Source: an uncultured Eubacteriales bacterium (GTDB lineage Bacteria > Bacillota > Clostridia > Christensenellales > UMGS416). From it: 64,000 nucleotides of DNA. Positions within the stretch are counted from its first letter, which is position 1, and the number at the start of each line of letters is the position of its first letter. Of this stretch, positions 46,444 to 56,371 are shown piece after piece. Under the pieces are notes generated by a model, which was not told the DNA's origin, searched no databases, and saw nothing but the letters and a program-made list of their open reading frames with translations. Position numbers and translations under genes: made by a program. The stretch is taken from contig UQLW01000001.1 of NCBI GenBank assembly GCA_900542005.1, positions 14,160 through 78,159 on the forward strand, read 5' to 3'.

Positions 46444-48096
46444 CTACGCCTGTTTAGCCTGCTTTTTGTCGAGATACATGGCCGCGTCGGCCCGCGCATA
46501 GAGCTCCCGCAGCGTATGCTGCATATCCCCTGCCGCATAGGCGCCGCCGCAGGCCATGTCCAGCACCGGGCCCTCAGGACGCCCGGCGTTGTAGCGCCGC
46601 TCCAGCTCCCGCAGGCTCTCCAGATATTCCTCCATCGCGGCAGCGGTGCATCGGGGGAGCAGGACGGCAAATTCATCCCCGCCGATGCGGTAGCAGCTGC
46701 CATAGGGGCCGAAGGCCCGCTGGATGCAGTGGGCGGCCTGGCACAGCAGCTCATCCCCCGCCTGGTGGCCATAGCGGTCGTTTACCTGCTTAAAGCAGTT
46801 GATGTCAAAGATCGCCATGGCCTCTTCACCGGTCCTCGCCCCCATGAGGGCCTCTTCAAAGGCGGTACGGTTCATGACCTGCGTAAGCCCGTCGGTATAG
46901 GCCAGCCGCGTCAGCTCCCGCGAGCGCTGCCCCAGCTCCATGGCCCGCAGGATGCTCCGGATGGAATAGCCGCCCAGAATAAGCACATATAAGGCCAGGC
47001 CCATGCGGAAAAAGAACGCGCTGTCCGCAAGCGTTCCCCGATAGAACCGAAAAAGGTCCATCAGGGAAAAAACGGCAAGAAGCGAAATGCTGGACGCATA
47101 AAACACGCCATGGGGATTCTTGAACCGCGCCATTTCCAAAAAGGCTGAAACGGTCACAAAGACCACGCATAGAAAGATGACCCCATGCACCAGTGGCAGG
47201 GTCTGGATGTAATCAGCCGTGCCGGTCAGCTGCAGGGCCATGCACAGGCAGGCCGTAGCCAGGCACAGCCAGCTCAGCCCATGATAAGCCGGAATAAAGC
47301 GGGGCCGGTAAACCTCCCGCACAAACTGCAGCATGGGGATCGGGCACAGCATCAGCGCCAGGAAGGTCAGGTGCCGCTCCAGCGCCGGCGGCACGGCGAA
47401 AAGCTGGAGCATCCGCGTCTCACAGGCGGACCATAGGGAGATCACCACGGCAAAGACGCCCAGATACAGCAGCGCGGGATAGCGCTTCCCGCCGAAAGAG
47501 GCGGCCAGGTAGATTCCCATCATGATCAGCCCCATCAGGCAGATCCCGGCGCATAGCATCAGATTGGGCAGGCCCCATCGGATGATCGCATGGATGCAGG
47601 CGGTTTTGCTTCCAATCAGCGCCGTGTTCACCACGCCTGCAAAGCGCCCATAGGCGGACCGCAGCACCACCGTCAGCGTTTTGCCCCGGTCCTCTGGCGA
47701 CAGCGGGACAAGATGGTAGGCGCTGCCCGGGCTTTGGCCATGGATGGCACCTCCATCCAGGCCATAGCGATAGACCTCCACCCCGTCTACCATAACCCGC
47801 AGCGACTGCTGGGATGAACGCAGGCACAGGGTCGTGCCCTCTACAACATCCTCGGGAACCGTATGGGTCAAAACGAGCTCTGTCCCGGCTGGCAAGCTTA
47901 TGCTGGCCGGCAGCGTCAGGGGCTGCTGCTGCCCCCGCTCATCCGCATAACGCCATCCCTGGTTGTAGTCCGAGACGCTCTCATCGAAAAGGGGAACCGT
48001 GCTCCCACCTATGGACAGCGCCAAAAAGACCACCATCGCAATAACAGCGGCCAGCACAAGGAAATAAACTCTCATCACCGGCGATATGCGCATCAT
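46444..48096 (-). CDS. diguanylate cyclase with a 7TMR-DISM-type extracellular and 7TM sensor module
   Basis: 550 aa. N-terminal extracytoplasmic domain, 7 TM segments, then a GGDEF domain (YRIGGDEFAVLL, DINCFKQVNDRYGH). Confidence 0.87.
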   Translation of the reverse strand: MMRISPVMRVYFLVLAAVIAMVVFLALSIGGSTVPLFDESVSDYNQGWRYADERGQQQPLTLPASISLPAGTELVLTHTVPEDVVEGTTLCLRSSQQSLRVMVDGVEVYRYGLDGGAIHGQSPGSAYHLVPLSPEDRGKTLTVVLRSAYGRFAGVVNTALIGSKTACIHAIIRWGLPNLMLCAGICLMGLIMMGIYLAASFGGKRYPALLYLGVFAVVISLWSACETRMLQLFAVPPALERHLTFLALMLCPIPMLQFVREVYRPRFIPAYHGLSWLCLATACLCMALQLTGTADYIQTLPLVHGVIFLCVVFVTVSAFLEMARFKNPHGVFYASSISLLAVFSLMDLFRFYRGTLADSAFFFRMGLALYVLILGGYSIRSILRAMELGQRSRELTRLAYTDGLTQVMNRTAFEEALMGARTGEEAMAIFDINCFKQVNDRYGHQAGDELLCQAAHCIQRAFGPYGSCYRIGGDEFAVLLPRCTAAAMEEYLESLRELERRYNAGRPEGPVLDMACGGAYAAGDMQHTLRELYARADAAMYLDKKQAKQA

Positions 48097-48183
48097 CCCG
48101 CTCCATAGCTGCTAAAATATGTACCATTAAACCACATTCCCCTCCATCGCGCAAGTTGGGCCGGGTAAAATTGCAGATAAAGG

Positions 48184-48210
48184 AAAAGGCCGCCTTTATG
48201 CGGCCTTTTA
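48184..48210. terminator. bidirectional terminator after the lactonase gene
   Basis: AAAGGCCGC/GCGGCCTTT stem flanked by A and T runs. Confidence 0.65.
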
Positions 48211-48229
48211 TCCGTTGCCGGCCCCGCTG

Positions 48230-49279
48230 CTAGATCGGCCCGCCAAAGAGCACGGCTACCGGCATGCTGGTCCCGATCGCCGTAGGCGTCAGCGCGGCGC
48301 TGCCGGTAGCGGGATCCAGCTTCAAAATGGTCACCTCGTCGCTGTCCTGGTGGGCGCAGAGGATAAAGCCCTCCCCTGGGGCCAGGGCGCAGTCCCGGGG
48401 GTTTTTCCCGCCGGTCGGCGTCAGGCCGGCCCATTGGAGCATCCCCTGGCTGTCCGCGTTGAACTGCGCCAGCGTATCGTGGAAGCGGTTGGTCAGGTAC
48501 AGGCGCCGGCCGTCCGCCGTGAGCCGCAGCGCGGCGCAGGAGCTAAAGCCCTGGTAGCCCTCCGGCAGCGTGGAGGCGTCGCCTATCAGCGTCAGCGCTT
48601 CACCCTCCACCCGGTAGGTCAGGATCCGATTGCCCAGCTCGCATACCACATAGGCGCGGCTTCCGTCGGGCGAGAATACCATATGCCGCGGCCCGCTGCC
48701 GGCCGGCGCGGCGGTACGCGCCGGCTCGCCAGTCACGCGGCCCGCCTCATCCAGTGGATAGCGCAGGATTGCGTCCAGTCCCAGATCCACCACGCACAGC
48801 GTCCGGCCTCCCGGCATCAGCGCGGCGCAGTGGGCATGGGGCCCCTCCTGGCGCACCGGGATCACGCTGCGGCCCTGGTGGGCGAATACGGTACGCTGGC
48901 CCAGGCCGCCGTCTGCCTCCAGCGTGAACTGGGTTAACGATCCGGAGCCATAGTTGGCTGCATAGAGCGTCCTGCCCGAGGGATGCACCAGCACGTGGCA
49001 GGGTGCCTCGCCTCCGGCGCTCTGGCGGCCCAGCTCCTGCAGGGAACCGTCCTGTGCCCGGCGGAAGGCAGCGACGCCGCCCATGCCTTCGTACAATGGC
49101 GCCTCCAGGCAGGCGTACAGGGTCTGCCCGTCCGGGCTTAGGGCCAGATAGGAGGGGTTGGGCGCCGGAGCAGCGTCCAGCAGGGCGAAGCCGCCCGTCT
49201 CGCTGTCAAAGGCATAGTGCTCGATCCCCGTTCCGCCCTTTTGGGTGTAGGTTCCAATATACAGATGAAATCGCGCCAT
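48230..49279 (-). CDS. 7-bladed beta-propeller lactonase (6-phosphogluconolactonase-like)
   Basis: 349 aa. YIGTYTQKGGTGI...NPSYLALSPDGQTLYA...HPSGRTLYAANYGSGS, typical of the Lactonase family. Confidence 0.85.
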   Translation of the reverse strand: MARFHLYIGTYTQKGGTGIEHYAFDSETGGFALLDAAPAPNPSYLALSPDGQTLYACLEAPLYEGMGGVAAFRRAQDGSLQELGRQSAGGEAPCHVLVHPSGRTLYAANYGSGSLTQFTLEADGGLGQRTVFAHQGRSVIPVRQEGPHAHCAALMPGGRTLCVVDLGLDAILRYPLDEAGRVTGEPARTAAPAGSGPRHMVFSPDGSRAYVVCELGNRILTYRVEGEALTLIGDASTLPEGYQGFSSCAALRLTADGRRLYLTNRFHDTLAQFNADSQGMLQWAGLTPTGGKNPRDCALAPGEGFILCAHQDSDEVTILKLDPATGSAALTPTAIGTSMPVAVLFGGPI

Positions 49280-49306
49280 GGGATGCCTCCTGCAAAATAA
49301 GGATCG

Positions 49307-51088
49307 TTATCCATTCGACGCGGGCGCGGCGGTTTCCTGCTGCGTTTCCCCCTGAAGGCCCTTGAATTGGCTGTAATACAGCTGAGCGTAGAAGCCGCCC
49401 CGCTTCAGCAGCGCCTCATGGCCGCCCTGCTCGATAATATGGCCGTCCCGCATCACAAGGATGTTATCTGCCTCGCGGATGGTGGAAAGCCGGTGCGCCA
49501 CCACGAAGCTGGTGCGCCCCTGCATCATGCGGTTGAAGGCCTGCTGGACACGGATCTCTGTGCGAGTATCGATGGAGCTGGTAGCTTCGTCCAAGATGAG
49601 CACCGTCGGCTGGGTCAGCATCACCCGCGCGATACAAAGCAGCTGCTTCTGGCCCTGGGAGATGTTGCTGCCCCCCTCGGCCAGGGGCGTATCGTAGCCC
49701 TGCGGCATACGCATGATGAAGCCATGGGCATGGGCGGCCCGGGCCGCCGCCTCGATCTCCTCCTGGGAGGCGCCGGGCCGGCCATAGGCGATATTTTCCC
49801 GCACGGTGCCGGAAAAGATCCAGCTTTCCTGCAGCACCATGCCATACTGGGCCCGCAGGCTGGAGCGCGTCAGGTCCCGGATATCCCAGCCGTCCAGATC
49901 GATCCGGCCTCCGGTTACGTCGTAAAAGCGCATCAGCAGGTTGATGATGGTGGTCTTGCCGCAGCCTGTAGGGCCGACGATGGCGATGCGCTGTCCACTG
50001 TCCGCCTTAAGGTTCAGCCCGTCGATCAGCGGGGTATCCTCCCGATAGCGGAAGGATACGTTCTGAAGGCTTACCTGCCCCCGGCTGCGCTCCATGCTCT
50101 GGGCGTCCGGGCGGTCCGCCGTCTCATCGGGCTCGTCGAGAATCTCAAACACCCGGGCCGCCGAGGCCAGCGCCGACTGCAGCTCGGTCACAACCCCGGA
50201 GATCTCGTTGAAGGGCTTGGTATACTGGTTGGCATAGGAGAGGAAGCAGGAGATCTGGCCCACAGTCATCACGCCGGAAAGGGCGGCCAGCGCGCCGGCC
50301 ACGCCCACCGCGGCGTATACGATGCCGTTGACAAAGCGGGTGCAGGGATTCGTCATCGAGGAAAAGAACTGGCTCCTCACGCCGGAGCGGTAAAGGCGGC
50401 TGTTGATCTGCTCAAACTGCTGCTGGGCGCGCTGCTCATAGCCAAAGGCCTTGACCACCTTCTGCGACCCCAGCATCTCCTCCACATAGCCGCCCAGCTC
50501 GCCCCGGCAGGCCGACTGCTCCTGAAAGGCGGCATAGGAGCGCTTGGCTATGAAGGCGGCCACGCCCAGCGACAGCGGTGTGACCACCACCACCACGAGC
50601 GCGATGGGTACGCTGACCGACAGCATAAACAGCAGCGTCCCCAGGATGGTCACAACGCCGGTAAAAAGCTGGGAAAAGCCCTGAAGCAGCCCGTCGGAAA
50701 TCACGTCGATATCGTTGATCACGCGGGAAATGAGGTCGCCATGGGGCCGGTTATCGATCACCTTCAGCGGCACCCGCTCCAGCTTGCAAAAGATATCCAC
50801 CCGCAAATCCCGCACAGTGCGGTAGGCGACGGCGTTGGTACACAGGCCCATCAGCCACTGGAACAGCGCCGATCCCAGGATCACCAAGGCCAGCAACCCG
50901 ATGATCCGGGCCAGCCCCTGGAAGTCCACCTGCCCAGGCCCTAAAATGAGATCCACACCCGCTCCAATGATGACCGGCGCCAGCAGGGTCAGCGCCACCG
51001 AGGCCACCGCCCCGCAGACAGCCCCGGCCAGATACAACCAATAGCGGCGGGCATAGCCCAGCACGCGGAGGATTGCTCGCTTTTTCAT
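49307..51088 (-). CDS. ABC exporter, fused permease/ATPase (subunit B of a heterodimeric pair)
   Basis: 593 aa. 6 TM segments, GPTGCGKTT, ISQGQKQLLCIARV, LILDEATSSID. Confidence 0.9.
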   Translation of the reverse strand: MKKRAILRVLGYARRYWLYLAGAVCGAVASVALTLLAPVIIGAGVDLILGPGQVDFQGLARIIGLLALVILGSALFQWLMGLCTNAVAYRTVRDLRVDIFCKLERVPLKVIDNRPHGDLISRVINDIDVISDGLLQGFSQLFTGVVTILGTLLFMLSVSVPIALVVVVVTPLSLGVAAFIAKRSYAAFQEQSACRGELGGYVEEMLGSQKVVKAFGYEQRAQQQFEQINSRLYRSGVRSQFFSSMTNPCTRFVNGIVYAAVGVAGALAALSGVMTVGQISCFLSYANQYTKPFNEISGVVTELQSALASAARVFEILDEPDETADRPDAQSMERSRGQVSLQNVSFRYREDTPLIDGLNLKADSGQRIAIVGPTGCGKTTIINLLMRFYDVTGGRIDLDGWDIRDLTRSSLRAQYGMVLQESWIFSGTVRENIAYGRPGASQEEIEAAARAAHAHGFIMRMPQGYDTPLAEGGSNISQGQKQLLCIARVMLTQPTVLILDEATSSIDTRTEIRVQQAFNRMMQGRTSFVVAHRLSTIREADNILVMRDGHIIEQGGHEALLKRGGFYAQLYYSQFKGLQGETQQETAAPASNG

Positions 51089-52813
51089 CTAGGACACCTC
51101 CTCGTCTGAGAGCTGAGAGGCGCAGATCTCCTGGTAGATTGGGCAGCTCTCCAGCAGCGCCTCATGGGTACCCAGTCCGGCTACCCGCCCCTCGTCCAAC
51201 ACCAGGATGCGGTCGCAGCCGCGGACCGTATGCACCCGCTGGGATACCATAAACACGGTCATCCCGCCGGCCTGGGCTGCCAGCGCCTGCCGCAGCGCCG
51301 CATCGGTGGCATAGTCCAGGGCGCTGGCGCTGTCGTCCAGAATCAGGATATCCGGATCGCCCACCAACGCCCGGGCAATGGTCAGCCGCTGGCGCTGGCC
51401 GCCGGAGAAGTTCCGTCCGCCCTGGTTGACCGGAGCGTCCAGCCCCTCGGGCCGCTGGCGGATAAAGCCGGCGGCCTGGGCCGTCTCCAGCGCTTTCCAT
51501 ATCTGCTGGTCCGTGGCCTCTGGCCTGCGCCAGCGCATGTTATCGCGGACAGTGCCGGTAAAGAGCACGGCGCTTTGGGGCACCATGCCGATCCGCGCCC
51601 GCAGCGCCTCCAGCGGCATGGCCCGCACATCAACGCCATCCACCCGCACGCAGCCATCCGTCACATCATAGAACCTGGGGATCAGGCTGACCAGCGTGCT
51701 CTTGCCTGAGCCGGTGCCGCCGATAATACCCAGGCGCTCGCCGGGCATAACCGCCAGATCAAGGCCCTCCAGCTCAGCCTCGCCCCCATAGCCAAATCGG
51801 ACGTGCTCGAAGGCGACCCGCGGCGCGCCGGCCTCCGGCCGCGCTGCTGGATCCGGCTGGTCGATGACGGAATTATGGGTATCGAACACCTCATTGACCC
51901 GCGCCGCGCTGGCCGTGGCCTTGGTAAAGATCACAACCAGGTTGGCCACCACGATCAGCGCCAGCAGCACCTGGGTCATGTAGTTGATGAGAGCAATGAT
52001 CTGCCCCTGGCTCAGCGCGCCTTGGCTGACCCGGTAGCCGCCAAACCAAAGGATGGCGATAACCGCCGTATTGACGGCCAGCGAGGTCGCCGGACTCAGC
52101 AGCGCCGAAAGCCGCCCTACCCGCAGCGCGTCGTCCTGCAGGCTGTCGCTGGCTGCGGCAAAGCGGTCCATCTCGCCCCGCTGCCGCGAGAAGGCGCGGA
52201 TCACCCGGACACCGGAAAGGTTTTCCCGCGTGATGGCCGATACCCGGTCCAGCAGGCGCTGGATCCTCTGATAATAGGGGATCGACCGGCTCATGATCCC
52301 GTACAGGATCCCGGCGATCACCACAAAGGCCGCCACAAAGATCAGCGAAAGCCGAAGATCCAGGGTCATGGCCATCACCGTAGCGCCCACCGCCAGGAAG
52401 GGCGCCCGCACCACCAGGCGGATCAGCATGGCCACCGCCAGCTGCAGCTGATTCACGTCGTTGGTCATGCGGGTCACGAGGCTCGCCGTACCCAGCCGGT
52501 CGATCTCCCGGTGCGAGAGGCTGTTGATATGGGCGTACAGGGCGTTGCGCACCACCGTACCATAGCCCTGCGAGGCCCGGGCTGCAAAATACTGGCAGGT
52601 CAGCGAGCAGCCCAGGCCGATCAGCCCCAGTGCCACCATCAGCGCGCCCATCCGCCAGATATACCCTGCATCGGCGTTTTTCACTCCAATGTCAATGATT
52701 TTCGCCATCACCAGCGGAACGATCAGCTCGAAGACCGCCTCGATGAGCTTGAAGATTGGCCCCAGGATAACCTCCCTGCGGAACCCGCGCAGAAAACGGG
52801 CGATTTGAATCAT
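51089..52813 (-). CDS. ABC exporter, fused permease/ATPase (subunit A of a heterodimeric pair)
   Basis: 574 aa. GGTGSGKST, FSGGQRQRLTIARAL, LILDDSASALD. Directly abuts the downstream subunit gene. Confidence 0.9.
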   Translation of the reverse strand: MIQIARFLRGFRREVILGPIFKLIEAVFELIVPLVMAKIIDIGVKNADAGYIWRMGALMVALGLIGLGCSLTCQYFAARASQGYGTVVRNALYAHINSLSHREIDRLGTASLVTRMTNDVNQLQLAVAMLIRLVVRAPFLAVGATVMAMTLDLRLSLIFVAAFVVIAGILYGIMSRSIPYYQRIQRLLDRVSAITRENLSGVRVIRAFSRQRGEMDRFAAASDSLQDDALRVGRLSALLSPATSLAVNTAVIAILWFGGYRVSQGALSQGQIIALINYMTQVLLALIVVANLVVIFTKATASAARVNEVFDTHNSVIDQPDPAARPEAGAPRVAFEHVRFGYGGEAELEGLDLAVMPGERLGIIGGTGSGKSTLVSLIPRFYDVTDGCVRVDGVDVRAMPLEALRARIGMVPQSAVLFTGTVRDNMRWRRPEATDQQIWKALETAQAAGFIRQRPEGLDAPVNQGGRNFSGGQRQRLTIARALVGDPDILILDDSASALDYATDAALRQALAAQAGGMTVFMVSQRVHTVRGCDRILVLDEGRVAGLGTHEALLESCPIYQEICASQLSDEEVS

Positions 52814-52920
52814 GCTCCATCCCCATTTCTTTTTGTTTTTTTCAGTATAGCATGGCGCAATCCATATTCATAATATATAATACATATAATAACCATCAAT
52901 TTTTATGATAGGAGGCGCCT

Positions 52921-53781
52921 GTGGATTTCAAGGACCTGACCTGCTTTGCCGCGATCGTGGAGGAGGGCACCATTTCCGGCGCGGCGCAGCGGCTGCATAT
53001 CGCCCAACCGGCCCTCAGCCTGCGGCTGAAGGCCCTGGAGGAGGACATGGGCCTTGTGCTGTTGGAGCGGGGCGCCCGCAGCGTAAGCCTGACCGAGGGC
53101 GGCCGGCTTTTCTACCGCCGCGCCCTGCGGATGCTGGAGCTCGCCCGCTCCACCCGCCAGGAGCTGGCCGACGTAAGGGACGGCGCGGCCGGGACGCTGC
53201 GGCTTGGCACCGTAAGCTCCTCGGCCCCCTCCCTGCTATCCGGCAGGATCAACCGGTTCCATACCCGCTATCCCCAGGTGCGGTTTGAGCTGCACGAGGG
53301 GAATACCTTTGAGCTCATCGAGCTGCTCCATACCGGTATCATCGACCTGGCCATCGTCCGTACGCCCTTCAAGGCGGAGGGAACCGGCCAGCTGCTGCTG
53401 CCGCCCGAGCCCATGGCGGTGGCCCTCCGTGGGCCTCTGGCAGAGTCCGGGCAGGTGCCTGTGTGCTGGCTAAAGGGTAAACCGCTGATCTTTTACCGCC
53501 GCTTTGAGGGGCTGATCCAGGCCGTATGCCGGCAGGAAGGCTTCGAGCCCGAGGCCCTCTGCATCAATGACGATGCCCGCACCTGTATCATGTGGGCGCA
53601 GGCGGGTCTCGGCGCGGCCATTACTCCCTTGAGCGCGGCCAAGGTCATGGCTGGGGAGGATCTTCACCTGCTTACGCTGGAGCATCCCGATCTCTATACG
53701 AGCATCGCAGCCATCTGGAAAAAGGACGGCTACCTCTCTGCCGCAGCCCAGCGGTTCCTCGAGGTCTTTGGCGGCCCCTAG
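52921..53781 (+). CDS. LysR-family transcriptional regulator
   Basis: 286 aa, GTG start with AGGAGG upstream. HTH segment ISGAAQRLHIAQPALSLRLKALEEDMG. Divergent from the ABC exporter pair. Confidence 0.9.
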   Translation: MDFKDLTCFAAIVEEGTISGAAQRLHIAQPALSLRLKALEEDMGLVLLERGARSVSLTEGGRLFYRRALRMLELARSTRQELADVRDGAAGTLRLGTVSSSAPSLLSGRINRFHTRYPQVRFELHEGNTFELIELLHTGIIDLAIVRTPFKAEGTGQLLLPPEPMAVALRGPLAESGQVPVCWLKGKPLIFYRRFEGLIQAVCRQEGFEPEALCINDDARTCIMWAQAGLGAAITPLSAAKVMAGEDLHLLTLEHPDLYTSIAAIWKKDGYLSAAAQRFLEVFGGP

Positions 53782-53846
53782 GCCCCATTGGATATCCTTA
53801 CCCTTTCCCGGCGCCCGTCCGCTTATGCTGCCAAAGGCGCAGGCAT

Positions 53847-53887
53847 GGCAAAGGGGCGGATGGTTAATCTCCATCCGCCCCTTTGCC
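53847..53887. terminator. bidirectional terminator
   Basis: 17-bp perfect inverted repeat GGCAAAGGGGCGGATGG/CCATCCGCCCCTTTGCC. Confidence 0.75.
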
Positions 53888-53901
53888 ATCGTTTATGGGG
53901 T

Positions 53902-54303
53902 CTATGCGCCCACGTCCTCCTGCCCAGTTCGGCGCAGCTGCTGTTCAATCGGCAGAAGCAGCTGTTCATATCCCTCGATTTTGCGGTTCAGCCTCTCCAG
54001 CGTCTGCTGCAATAGGGCCATCCGCTCAAAGAGCTGGTCGCGCTGTTCGATCAGCAGCCGCTTGCGGGCGGGCACCGTTTCGTCCCCCTGTTGGAACAGC
54101 GCCACATATTCCACCAGCGCCTCCACCTGCAGCCCTGCGCCGCGCATACACTTGGCAAACTCTACCCACCGGCAATCCGCCTCCGTATAGTCGCGGATCC
54201 CGCTTCTGTTACGGTTTACCGGGGGGATTAGCCCAATGCGTTCATAATAGCGCAGGGTATCCGCGCTGATGTCGTATTTTTTGCTCACCTCTGCAATCGT
54301 CAT
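53902..54303 (-). CDS. MerR-family transcriptional regulator
   Basis: 133 aa. MTIAEVSKKYDISADTLRYYERIGLIPPV followed by a coiled-coil. Confidence 0.9.
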   Translation of the reverse strand: MTIAEVSKKYDISADTLRYYERIGLIPPVNRNRSGIRDYTEADCRWVEFAKCMRGAGLQVEALVEYVALFQQGDETVPARKRLLIEQRDQLFERMALLQQTLERLNRKIEGYEQLLLPIEQQLRRTGQEDVGA

Positions 54304-54364
54304 GGCAACCGCTCCCTTCCTTATCTATGGCGTCCAAGCCCTGTTTTTTCGCGGATCATCGGCC

Positions 54365-55333
54365 CTATAGCAGCGAAAAGCGCATGGGCAGCTCCAGCCG
54401 CTCAAGCTCGGCCGACAAATACCGCCGGCATTGCCCCTCCGTCAAAAGCGGCGAAGGGCAGCCGCGGCCGAGCTCCGCCAGGAATTCATGGATATCGTCC
54501 AGCCGCCGCCGGATGCCGAAAAAGGCGATGGCCGGCTCATGGGGCTCATAACCCGTCAGCTGCCGGTACAGCCGGCTAAAGCCCGGCTCGTAGCGCTGGA
54601 AAAAGAACAGATCCGCCTCCGGCGGGGCGATGGATACGCCTTCCCAGTCGATCAGCACCAGCTGTGAATCCCTTTGCATCAGGTTGCCCCGGTGAATATC
54701 GCCGTGGCATAGGACCATGGGCAGCCCGGCCGCCTTCAGCTCCCGCCCCAGCCGCACCCCCAGCGAAAGCAGCCGCAGAATCTGCTCCCGCTGCCCGGCG
54801 CTAACCAGGGTCTCCGGCCCACGGCCCAGCACAGCCCGCAGCGCGCCGTCGAAGGGAATCTGGAAGGACTCCCGCAGAAGGCCCTGAGGCGGAGGATAGG
54901 CATGCACCGCAGCCAGCAGGCCGGCCAGCTGCCGAAGCTGCCCCGCGTCCAGCAGCCCTTCTCCGGGCGTATCCCCTTCGATAAACCGGTATACAAGATA
55001 CCGGTACGGCCCATCCTCGCAGTAAAAGGCCCCGTCCGTTGTCCGGACCGGCTCCGGCAGCGCGCCTATGAGCCCCGCCGTGCGGTTCATGCCCCAAAGC
55101 AGGGAGATATATTGATCCATTCCCCCCGCCCAACGTCCAAAGCCCGGCTGCCGCCGGTCATACACCTTCAGAAACAGCCGCTCGCCCGAGGCACAGTCCG
55201 CCTCATAGGCCAGCGCCGATAGGCCTCCGGCAAGGGGGCGGATTCCGGCCGCCTCGCGCCCGTAGCTGTACCGTATCCATCCGCCGATCCGCTCCATCTC
55301 CGGCCGCTGCGGCGCGTTACCTTCCCTGTCCAT
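54365..55333 (-). CDS. APH-family phosphotransferase (aminoglycoside/choline kinase fold)
   Basis: 322 aa. VLCHGDIHRGNLM (Brenner motif) and LIDWEGVSIAPPEADL. Confidence 0.8.
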   Translation of the reverse strand: MDREGNAPQRPEMERIGGWIRYSYGREAAGIRPLAGGLSALAYEADCASGERLFLKVYDRRQPGFGRWAGGMDQYISLLWGMNRTAGLIGALPEPVRTTDGAFYCEDGPYRYLVYRFIEGDTPGEGLLDAGQLRQLAGLLAAVHAYPPPQGLLRESFQIPFDGALRAVLGRGPETLVSAGQREQILRLLSLGVRLGRELKAAGLPMVLCHGDIHRGNLMQRDSQLVLIDWEGVSIAPPEADLFFFQRYEPGFSRLYRQLTGYEPHEPAIAFFGIRRRLDDIHEFLAELGRGCPSPLLTEGQCRRYLSAELERLELPMRFSLL

Positions 55334-55541
55334 CCCGCTCCCCCTCTGCCGTCCTGCTTCTCAATTTTGCTTCTATTCTTATTCTATCACATAACGCCCA
55401 TCTCAGGATACCGCCTGCGCCTCCCGCAGCTACCCAGCGCTCCTTCTCCAAGCGCCAGCAAGCCACCCTATGGCCAAAATGCATACAGGCTGCCGGGAGA
55501 GCCAATCGAAGCTCCCCGGCAGCCCTATGGCCCGGTATCGC

Positions 55542-55937
55542 TTATTTCGCAGCAGAAAAGGCCGCAGCCTCCTGGAGCCACCCCATCAGCTCATCATCGA
55601 CCTCCTCCACGCTGCCAAGAGTAACATGGTGCGTCCAGCGGTTCGGATAGGGTTCGGCCGCCGCGTCAATCCGCGGCGCATCCAGCCGGTATGCCAGGCC
55701 AAAGGTCACCGTAAGGAAAGGATTCGGCCGGTCCTTCGCCCTGCGGGCCGGCTGGAACGACGCGCAGGCAAAGACCCGGCGGTTCCTAAAGGTGATCTGG
55801 GTCTTCTGCACCGTGACGCTTGCATCCGGTATGCATGCCAGAAGGCGCTCCGCCAGCCTCTCATAGAGGGGCAGCGCCTCCAGCCGCCCGCCAAAAAAGG
55901 CGGCCTCCGCCCCGCTGATTCCTGCCCTCGTATCCAT
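55542..55937 (-). CDS. small conserved protein, DUF5655-like
   Basis: 131 aa from MDTRAG, with GGAGGAGGG SD immediately upstream of ATG 55937. VQKTQITFRNRRVFA...RWTHHVTLGSVEEVDDELMGWLQEA pattern. Confidence 0.5.
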   Translation of the reverse strand: MDTRAGISGAEAAFFGGRLEALPLYERLAERLLACIPDASVTVQKTQITFRNRRVFACASFQPARRAKDRPNPFLTVTFGLAYRLDAPRIDAAAEPYPNRWTHHVTLGSVEEVDDELMGWLQEAAAFSAAK

Positions 55938-56039
55938 GCTCCCTCCTCCTTGACCCAAAACGTGTCTGCCGCAGCCCGCTACCGCGTCCCCCTCGGATCA
56001 CCGCCCCCTGGTGCAAATGGACGGATGATTGATGGGATA

Positions 56040-56071
56040 TAAAAAAATCGGAACGAGCATCACTCGTTCCG
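56040..56071 (-). terminator. Rho-independent terminator after the tRNA
   Basis: Minus strand: CGGAACGAG-TGATG-CTCGTTCCG followed by ATTTTTTT. Confidence 0.85.
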
Positions 56072-56074
56072 AAC

Positions 56075-56151
56075 TGGTGGAGAATAGGGGACTTGAACCC
56101 CTGACCTCTTGACTGCCAGTCAAGCGCTCTAGCCAACTGAGCTAATCCCCC
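56075..56151 (-). tRNA. tRNA-Ala (anticodon GGC), CCA encoded
   Basis: Hand-folded cloverleaf: acceptor GGGGGAU/AUUCUCC with G3:U70, D arm GCUC/GAGC, anticodon stem CUUGA/UCAAG with loop CUGGCAG, and T arm AGGGG-UUCAAGU-CCCCU. 77 nt. Confidence 0.9.
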
Positions 56152-56170
56152 ACGGCTGCGAACAGTGTTT

Positions 56171-56199
56171 ATTATAATGGTTCAGCGTCGTTTCGTCAA
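56171..56199 (-). promoter_or_regulatory. tRNA-Ala promoter
   Basis: Minus strand: TTGACG (56194-56199), 17-nt spacer, TATAAT (56171-56176), about 20 nt upstream of the tRNA 5' end. Confidence 0.75.
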
Positions 56200-56311
56200 G
56201 GGCTTGTGCAGAAAAAAATAATTTTTTCCTAAAAAGGAGAGCAGCGCTATAAATCCGTCTGAAGCAGGGCACAATCTTCCTCTATTGGGCATAGGGTAAA
56301 GCGTGACAAAG

Positions 56312-56346
56312 GCGTCGCGGCACAATCCGCGGCGCTATTTTTATTG
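56312..56346 (+). terminator. terminator-like hairpin in the asnB leader (possible attenuator)
   Basis: GCGTCGCGG-CACAAT-CCGCGGCGC followed by TATTTTTATT. It ends 25 nt before ATG 56372. Confidence 0.45.
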
Positions 56347-56371
56347 GACAAAGCCAAGGGAGGATCGGAAA

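Noticed and set aside
53788-53889. Two small ORFs on opposite strands, both reading MAKGRM..N.HPPLCH
   Set aside because: The similarity is an artefact of the 17-bp perfect inverted repeat (53847-53887), which serves as a bidirectional terminator between the LysR and MerR genes.
53782-56151. Genomic island integrated at tRNA-Ala
   Set aside because: No integrase or recombinase, no repeat of the tRNA 3' end, and no visible G+C shift. The genes look like native chromosome.
56200-56371. Possible T-box riboswitch upstream of asnB
   Set aside because: The leader is too short, and I could not find the conserved T-box sequence, AG bulge or specifier-loop features. I kept it only as a generic terminator-like attenuator candidate.
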